Below are positions 58,025 through 64,000 of a stretch of 64,000 bases of DNA, piece by piece; position 1 is the stretch's first letter, and every line of letters starts with the position of its first letter. The DNA is taken from contig CAUBJF010000011.1 of NCBI GenBank assembly GCA_958436175.1, positions 15,507 through 79,506 of the forward strand, given 5' to 3'. The position numbers and the translations under genes were made by a program. This DNA is from an uncultured Muribaculaceae bacterium (lineage in GTDB: Bacteria > Bacteroidota > Bacteroidia > Bacteroidales > Muribaculaceae). The notes below the pieces were generated by a model that was not told where the DNA came from, ran no database searches, and was given only the letters and a program-made list of their open reading frames with translations.

Positions 58025-58635
58025 TTATTCTTCTTTCTGCTCTGCGGAAGTGTGCATCCACTTGTAGAGGAGTATGGGATTGTCGAAACGCGGCAGGGTG
58101 TCGTTGACAAAATGATAGAGGTCACGGTCCTCGCTTTCTCCGTTTCGTCCCTGAAATCAACATGGACGATGGGCTGCACAGTTGTGTCGTTGACTATTCG
58201 GTAATAGTCCGTGTACATTGACCGCATCTTGTTTTCGTAGTTCATGATGTACATGTTGACTTTCACAAGCGTGCTGTCGACTACTTTATAGAATCCGCAT
58301 TTTGCCTCCGGCTCTATCTTTTTGTAGCCCTTCGTCCCAATGGACTTGATAAGGAAGTTTCCGTTGGGATAAAAGTATAGATCCCATTTCTTCATACTTG
58401 CTTTCCCCTTGGATGGTGTGTCGATTCGGTCCACTGAATACTTACCGTCGTGCCTCAGGAAGCCTTCCGGGTCCGGATTGTAACCTTGTACGTTCTTTAA
58501 GTCCGACCGGAGCGGTATGTTGCCTATTTCCAGCAGGGGTATAGGTGAATTAACTCTTATCTGTATACTGAGCTCGTCACCTGTCAGCGGTAGTGCGACG
58601 GTGAGTATGAGAATTATGATGAGCAGCTTCTTCAT
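58025..58635 (-). pseudogene. Exported hypothetical protein, paralog of 58652..59245, frameshifted near 58150
   Basis: Shares YNPDP.G.LRHDGKY, LYF.PNG.F, VNMY and TDYYR with its neighbour. The homologous C-terminus (DLYHFVNDTLPRFDNPILLYKWM...*) lies in another frame, with its stop at 58025. Confidence 0.75.
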
Positions 58636-58651
58636 ATCGACATGCATTATA

Positions 58652-59245
58652 TTACTTTTTACTCTTAAGCCATTTTATGCTTTCGGTCGGTATTTCGAAG
58701 CTTGGCATCGTGTCGGCCTTCACAAAGCTGTAATTCGAGGTGTCGTCGGGCCCGGTCTCGACCCCGTTTGCTTCGAGCCGCATAAATGCCTGCACTGTAG
58801 AGTCAGGATTGACGCGGTAATAGTCCGTATGCATATAGTGAGTGTGATATTTGCGGTCGTAATCGTACATATTGACTTCTATCATGCCCTTGTCGATTAC
58901 TCTGTAGATACCGTATCTCTTCAACGGCACCTTTTTCCCGTCCAAACCCACGCTCCATAAATCTTCTGCGGAGGCTGGTTCGTAGTCGATATAGAAACTT
59001 CCGTTCGGGAAGAAATAGAGCGACCTTCTCCCTGCGTTGAAGTCATTGTACGGATAATCCGGGAAGCGGGAATCCGAAATGTACTTCCCGTCATGTCTTA
59101 GGTAGCCTTGGGGGTCCGGGTTGTAGTTCGCGGAGTATTTGAGATCCGAATTAGCCTTGACAGTCCTGTTCCAGTTGCTTAGTCCGCACCCATACAGCTG
59201 GGTGCAGACGATCGTCGATATTATGATTGGGATAAAATTCTTCAT
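58652..59245 (-). CDS. Hypothetical lipoprotein
   Basis: Start MKNF at 59245, lipobox LYGC. Paralogous to the downstream gene. Confidence 0.8.
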   Translation of the reverse strand: MKNFIPIIISTIVCTQLYGCGLSNWNRTVKANSDLKYSANYNPDPQGYLRHDGKYISDSRFPDYPYNDFNAGRRSLYFFPNGSFYIDYEPASAEDLWSVGLDGKKVPLKRYGIYRVIDKGMIEVNMYDYDRKYHTHYMHTDYYRVNPDSTVQAFMRLEANGVETGPDDTSNYSFVKADTMPSFEIPTESIKWLKSKK

Positions 59246-59406
59246 GGAGAAGGGGGGCGTATGAGTTGGTTTATTAAAGGCAAATAATATGGCTGGTTTA
59301 GACCCTACAAATATAAAGACTATAATCCATGAATGCAAATTATTATAGTGAATAGTTGATCATAAAATTCGATTCGTAATCGTAAAAGCCATAGGCGCAG
59401 ATTCTC

Positions 59407-61560
59407 TTAGTGCGACACTTCCGGAATAAGCACAAGTTGCGCGTCACAGAAGGAACTCCGTGTGTCGAGAAGTTCAAGAACACCGGGCCACGCCGCTGAA
59501 GGAAGCTTTGATAGGTTCATCTTTCCTCGAATCTTAAGGCAGACCTTGTCCTTTTCTGTTTGAACAGCCTGCACGAAAAATGCTCCGACGGGGTTGCTGA
59601 CGTTCATATACAGGCTTTCGAGACTTTCTGGGTCGACGGTATAGCCTTCGGGTATCTCGAAGGTGATGTCAAGATAGTCCTGATTCGGAGTATCCATATA
59701 GATATCGCTCTGCCTCTTCCTTTCCACGCCGTCGAGTCTGTGAATGTTTCCCGAAAAATAACCTACGGGTATGATTAGCTCGTCGCCGGCATAAGTGATA
59801 GCGTCTGGTATCTCGATATCGTAAGTCATCCTGAATGTGGGGTCGCCCGGCATATTACCCCGGGACTGAATCTCAACTTCGGAAATTACAGCATCCGGAC
59901 CTCCGTAGAAAAGTCCGTTTATTTCTTCACATCCTTCCTGAAGACGTGCAAGATCTTCGTCGTAGTCTCCCTCGCCCTTGTCGCTGCGTTTCTTTTCTGG
60001 TATTCCGAGGTAGTCTTCCGCCGATGAAATCCAGTCGGCAGTTGTGTTGAAGATGACTCCCTTCTTTTTGGTTGCACCTTTAAGCTCCAGTTCGTTGCTG
60101 CCCTTGATTGAGCCGTCGTCGAGTATCTTCAGATTAGATATAAGAGTAATCCTGTTGTCGAAGGGTGTTGATTCTTTTATGCGGAACATTGCCGGTGCCA
60201 AGTTCGGTATCCCTTGAGGGCTGAACATATAGGAGCCACCTTCTTCGCCTTGAAATTCTCCCGGCAGTTCTCCCGGCCGGTAATGGGTCAGAGAGGAGCA
60301 GAGGTAGAGTGTATCTTCTATCATCGAACCGAAAGAGGGGCTGTCCCAGTGGGCAATTTCTCGTGTCGGAACTTTAGAGTGAGGATTTACGAACACTACG
60401 CCTGCCGACGAAGCATACATGGGTGCCTTCAGCATCTGGGAACAAAATATCGACGCGACTATAAGTTCGGGATATCCGAAATCCTTATCTGTCTTATTGA
60501 GATAGTTGGCTGCAATCCATGAAGCATCGAACACTTCGCGTCGTCCGGCATCGGGATGCTGTCGGAGGTATTCGTTCGTGTATTTGGCGATTTGTGCCGC
60601 CAGTTCGGACTTTAAGCCTGGGACGCTGCCTATATAATTGTAGATATCGTTGAACACCAGGCCTGGTTCGAGATTGCAGTAGATGCCTCCTTTGCGGTTG
60701 CTGAGATATCTTCGCATATGGGAGGTATTGTTCAGAACGTAGAATGAGTAGAAAGGAATTGTCCGAAGTGGCTCTGTGAAGAGGCGGTCGGTCATTACAG
60801 GTATGTCTGTGAAGGTGCCGGAGGCAAGATTGAAGCCTTCTTCGTCGATGCTCTCCTGAAGTTCCGTTGCACCGTTGTACGTATGGTATTCAACAGTCAA
60901 TTCTGGTGAGGTCTTGATTTCTATGAAGTAATTAAGCACGGGATAATTGGTCGGCACTACGAAATTTATTGGCGGCAGGTCAAATTCCTGGATCCATTGG
61001 TCTATACCGCTGAAAAAATCCAACACATCGCCTGCTTCAAGGCCGGGTATGTCGATTTTGTACTGTGAAGTTTTGCCTTTGCCCGATTTTTTCCCTACTT
61101 TGACGGCAAACCCTTCCGAGAGGTCAACCTTCAGTACTGACCCGTCCGGCTTAATTATTCTCGCGCCGAAGATGTGCTTCATGTCGGCGTACTTATAGTG
61201 GCTGACTTTTTGGGAGGTCTTCTTCCCGAATATGAATTTCGACATTTCTTCAACTGCGCTGTTGTCAAGCAGTTTTACCATCTGGCGGCTGAACGAGAGG
61301 CTGCGTATGTAGGTTTTGGGTACGGCTCCGCTCCCGACTTCATGTTTTGCGTCGAGATAGTCAAGCTCGGACAGGATGACACATGAGTAACGTTCGGCTG
61401 TCGAGTCGGGAACGGGTGTGAATGGATCGAAGAGTTCCGTATGGATGCTCATGACCTGATCGTATATTTTGTCCAGATATTTCATGTCCGATCCCATGGC
61501 TATAGCCTTCAGTGGTATAAGGCATATGGCGACGGTAATGATACCGTAAAGAGTTCTCAT
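59407..61560 (-). CDS. DUF3857 (plus DUF3858-like) domain exported protein
   Basis: ARIIKPDG, IPGLEAGDVLD and ITFEIPEGYTV. No evident transglutaminase Cys motif. Confidence 0.75.
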   Translation of the reverse strand: MRTLYGIITVAICLIPLKAIAMGSDMKYLDKIYDQVMSIHTELFDPFTPVPDSTAERYSCVILSELDYLDAKHEVGSGAVPKTYIRSLSFSRQMVKLLDNSAVEEMSKFIFGKKTSQKVSHYKYADMKHIFGARIIKPDGSVLKVDLSEGFAVKVGKKSGKGKTSQYKIDIPGLEAGDVLDFFSGIDQWIQEFDLPPINFVVPTNYPVLNYFIEIKTSPELTVEYHTYNGATELQESIDEEGFNLASGTFTDIPVMTDRLFTEPLRTIPFYSFYVLNNTSHMRRYLSNRKGGIYCNLEPGLVFNDIYNYIGSVPGLKSELAAQIAKYTNEYLRQHPDAGRREVFDASWIAANYLNKTDKDFGYPELIVASIFCSQMLKAPMYASSAGVVFVNPHSKVPTREIAHWDSPSFGSMIEDTLYLCSSLTHYRPGELPGEFQGEEGGSYMFSPQGIPNLAPAMFRIKESTPFDNRITLISNLKILDDGSIKGSNELELKGATKKKGVIFNTTADWISSAEDYLGIPEKKRSDKGEGDYDEDLARLQEGCEEINGLFYGGPDAVISEVEIQSRGNMPGDPTFRMTYDIEIPDAITYAGDELIIPVGYFSGNIHRLDGVERKRQSDIYMDTPNQDYLDITFEIPEGYTVDPESLESLYMNVSNPVGAFFVQAVQTEKDKVCLKIRGKMNLSKLPSAAWPGVLELLDTRSSFCDAQLVLIPEVSH

Positions 61561-61575
61561 GTCGCTGTCCTCTTT

Positions 61576-63390
61576 CTATTGTTTGACCAGTATTATCTGC
61601 CGCCTGCCTTCCTTGAGCATTCGGCGTGCCTCGCTGTTCCGTTCCGGGAGCTTGCCGACGGCTATGTTTGTAGTTTTAGGGCGCATGGAGGCCGAGCAGC
61701 GAAGGGTATGTCCTTCAACCAGGTAACGTACTTCCCCGGTAAACCATTCGTTGTCTGTCAAGTAGGGTTCCGGAAGTTTAATGGGTGTGTATCCATCCGG
61801 CAATTCGACAGTGTACTCGAACTTAGTCGAGTAGAGTAGAGGAATTGTGTAATCATGAGTGCGATCCTTGTCGATTGGTATCTCGAAATACATGTCGCGC
61901 AGAGGGCAAAGATCGAGATATATCTTCTCTCCTCTGCGTTTTGAAGACCCAAGCTCAGTTACGGACGCCGTGATGGTCACTTCTGGGCCGTCAGCGTCCT
62001 GATCGATAGCTATTTCGCGGCATATGCTGTTCTTCTTCGGATATTTCATGAGTCTGCCTTGTGCTATTTCGCGTCTGTGCGACGAGGTTTCGTCCATAAT
62101 GGATAGGACCATCATACGGAAGGCTCCGGAGAAGCTCTTTGTCAGATTGCCGACAAGGCTGTCTCCTTCTATCCTGAAATGTCCCTCGACACTCACTTCA
62201 TCCGCAATATGGCTCGTCTGTGGTACGGTACGCACAAGAGCATTGTCTCCGTCCTCGATGAGTGCCTGTTGTCCGCGAATAGAGGGTGGAATATAGCCTG
62301 CCGGTGAATGGGCCGTGGTTCCGTCGATAAATTGGATGGAGTCGCCTGTTATAGCAGCAGCTATCATGTGGTTGCCGCTTGCCATCGAGGGAAACTCTTC
62401 CCATGTCGTCGGTGTTTTGTCCCGTGTGCCTATCCATACAAGCCGTCCGTCGATACCGTTGCATCGCAGGAGGTGTTTGATGAGATTGGCCGATCCTTTA
62501 CAGTCTCCGGCTCTGTGCGAGAGAACCGAAGAAGCTGTTGCCGGTCGGATGCCATATTCTCCGTGAGCCACGGCGAGATATCGTATGTTGTTGCGCACCC
62601 AGCAGGCTGTCCTGTCTATGATATCCTGGGTGCTGTCTCCTTCTCTTTTGAGCTCGGAAGCGAGCATGCCGATATCGGAATCCGGACCGTAACTTTCGTC
62701 ATCGACATATCCCCGGAAGAATGAATAAAGCTCTCCGATATCTCCGAACAGGCCCTTGATATGAAGCTGCGGACAGTCAACGTTCACGGAAGGTGCGTTT
62801 TCCTCGTACCGGTAGGCCGGACGATTGGTCGTTTCAATCGTATAACAAAGGTTCTGGTCTATATTGTAGATTTGTTTTATTTGCCATCCCTCGGGTAGAC
62901 TATAACCCTCGATCGTAATCTTTCCGACGAGTTTCTTAGGTACTACGATGCTCGTGATTGAGTGTTGCGTGAAGTATGGAGATGCAAGAAAGACCTTGCA
63001 GAACTGGCTCGGATTTTTATAAGTAAGTTCGAAGGTAACCGTTGCTTCTTTGCCTTTTTTGATGGGGACATCCATGACGCATATGCGCGAACCGTCGTAG
63101 AAAATGTCCTCACGTTCCCATGCACGGTATTCCGGTTTGACTCCGGCACTTGATGCTTTGTCGAGGCTTATGTCATCGTCGAACATTTCGTTGGCTCGTA
63201 CATGGCCGTTCCCCAATGTCGCCGTATAGACAGTCGTCTTGACCGCCTTAATCTTCGATATCTCTCCTTGTGACTCAGAAATGATATATTGATTGTTCTC
63301 TTCCAATGCTATGATGTTGTCTGCTTTGGAGGCAGAAAATGCCTGTAGGCCGACGAGAACGACAAGAAGGAGAGATAAAAGAAAACGCAT
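61576..63390 (-). CDS. DUF3857/transglutaminase-like domain exported protein
   Basis: WVRNNIRY, GDCKG, NHMIAA, IDGT (Cys-His-Asp triad) and VELPDGY. Confidence 0.85.
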   Translation of the reverse strand: MRFLLSLLLVVLVGLQAFSASKADNIIALEENNQYIISESQGEISKIKAVKTTVYTATLGNGHVRANEMFDDDISLDKASSAGVKPEYRAWEREDIFYDGSRICVMDVPIKKGKEATVTFELTYKNPSQFCKVFLASPYFTQHSITSIVVPKKLVGKITIEGYSLPEGWQIKQIYNIDQNLCYTIETTNRPAYRYEENAPSVNVDCPQLHIKGLFGDIGELYSFFRGYVDDESYGPDSDIGMLASELKREGDSTQDIIDRTACWVRNNIRYLAVAHGEYGIRPATASSVLSHRAGDCKGSANLIKHLLRCNGIDGRLVWIGTRDKTPTTWEEFPSMASGNHMIAAAITGDSIQFIDGTTAHSPAGYIPPSIRGQQALIEDGDNALVRTVPQTSHIADEVSVEGHFRIEGDSLVGNLTKSFSGAFRMMVLSIMDETSSHRREIAQGRLMKYPKKNSICREIAIDQDADGPEVTITASVTELGSSKRRGEKIYLDLCPLRDMYFEIPIDKDRTHDYTIPLLYSTKFEYTVELPDGYTPIKLPEPYLTDNEWFTGEVRYLVEGHTLRCSASMRPKTTNIAVGKLPERNSEARRMLKEGRRQIILVKQ

Positions 63391-63512
63391 TGCTTTGATC
63401 GGTTTTAGATTTCTTGGGATTATGCAAATTTATAGTATATATTACATATCTGCAAATTAAAATGTATGTTACGCTACTTATGTAGAAGCCCCAAGCTATA
63501 CCTTCGAACTAT

Positions 63513-63554
63513 AAAAAACGAGGCCATGTCGAACTGATGAAGTGACACAGCCTC
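63513..63554 (-). terminator. Probable terminator after rhaD
   Basis: Imperfect stem gaggccatgtc / gacacagcctc with an A6 tract on its left. Confidence 0.55.
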
Positions 63555-63580
63555 TTGGTGTTTGGTGAGCCTCTCAGCCT

Positions 63581-64000
63581 TTATTTAGGCAGGCGAAAGA
63601 CTCTCGAAATTTCATGCATTTGTTCCTGGCTCATTCCGTCGGGGACGAAGCCCATGCAGCGAGCATCCATGTAGATGATAGCTGATTTGTCGAGCGTGTC
63701 GATCATGTCGAAAGCCTCCATTACATCGTCGCCGACAGCGAAGACCCCGTGTTTTTCCCAAAGGACAACGTCGTAGTCATCGTCAATGGCCTTGATGGTG
63801 GCTTCGGCCAGTTCGTTAGAGCTGGGCAGCATGTAGGGCACGATCCCTAAGCCGCGCGGACAGAATGCCTTCGTTTCAGGTATCATGCTCCATAGTATGT
63901 TTGTCAGCACGTCTTTTTTCAGGAACTCGTTGTTGTGGCTCATTGCTACAAGTTCGATAGGATGTGTGTGTAGTGATGCCTTGTAATTGGAGCCTTTGCC
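63581..64000 (-). CDS. rhaD: Rhamnulose-1-phosphate aldolase, C-terminal part
   Basis: Frame is open from the window end: LHTHPIELVAMSH...LWSMIPE...VVLWEKHGV...AFDMIDTL. Confidence 0.9.
   Translation of the reverse strand, partial: GKGSNYKASLHTHPIELVAMSHNNEFLKKDVLTNILWSMIPETKAFCPRGLGIVPYMLPSSNELAEATIKAIDDDYDVVLWEKHGVFAVGDDVMEAFDMIDTLDKSAIIYMDARCMGFVPDGMSQEQMHEISRVFRLPK

Noticed and set aside
63520..63554. IS-end-like tgacacagcctc sequence
   Set aside because: Single degenerate copy with no transposase. Adequately explained as the rhaD terminator.

Overview
Chromosomal window from a Bacteroidales gut bacterium. The SusC/SusD pairs, HTCS, TAnnTTTG -7 promoters and short C-terminal T9SS-like sorting tails suggest Muribaculaceae/Prevotella-like (inference). 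In order: end of a susD; rprXY; a tightly coupled minus-strand run typA-folP-cdaA-steroid 5-alpha-reductase-OYE reductase-SDR-SDR that resembles the Bacteroidota isoallo-bile-acid gene cluster; a cobalamin riboswitch controlling btuB and a BtuG-like protein with a T9SS-like tail; a GxGYxYP lipoprotein; a secreted GH13; glutamate dehydrogenase; a ~14.5 kb accessory block (20.5-35 kb) of AraC/Crp regulators, an MFS pump, flavodoxins, a ferredoxin, an aldo-keto reductase and alpha/beta hydrolases, many with export signals; an HTCS-SusC-SusD-CBM-GH16-GH43_24 PUL (probably beta-1,3-galactan); fumarate reductase/succinate dehydrogenase CAB with unusual terminal extensions; a phage-replication-like remnant with tandem repeats; guaA, DUF4421, ompA; a tandem paralog pair, one frameshifted; a DUF3857/transglutaminase pair; and the end of rhaD. 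I saw no rRNA, tRNA, CRISPR array, integrase or transposase. All family assignments are by eye from motifs; no searches were run.
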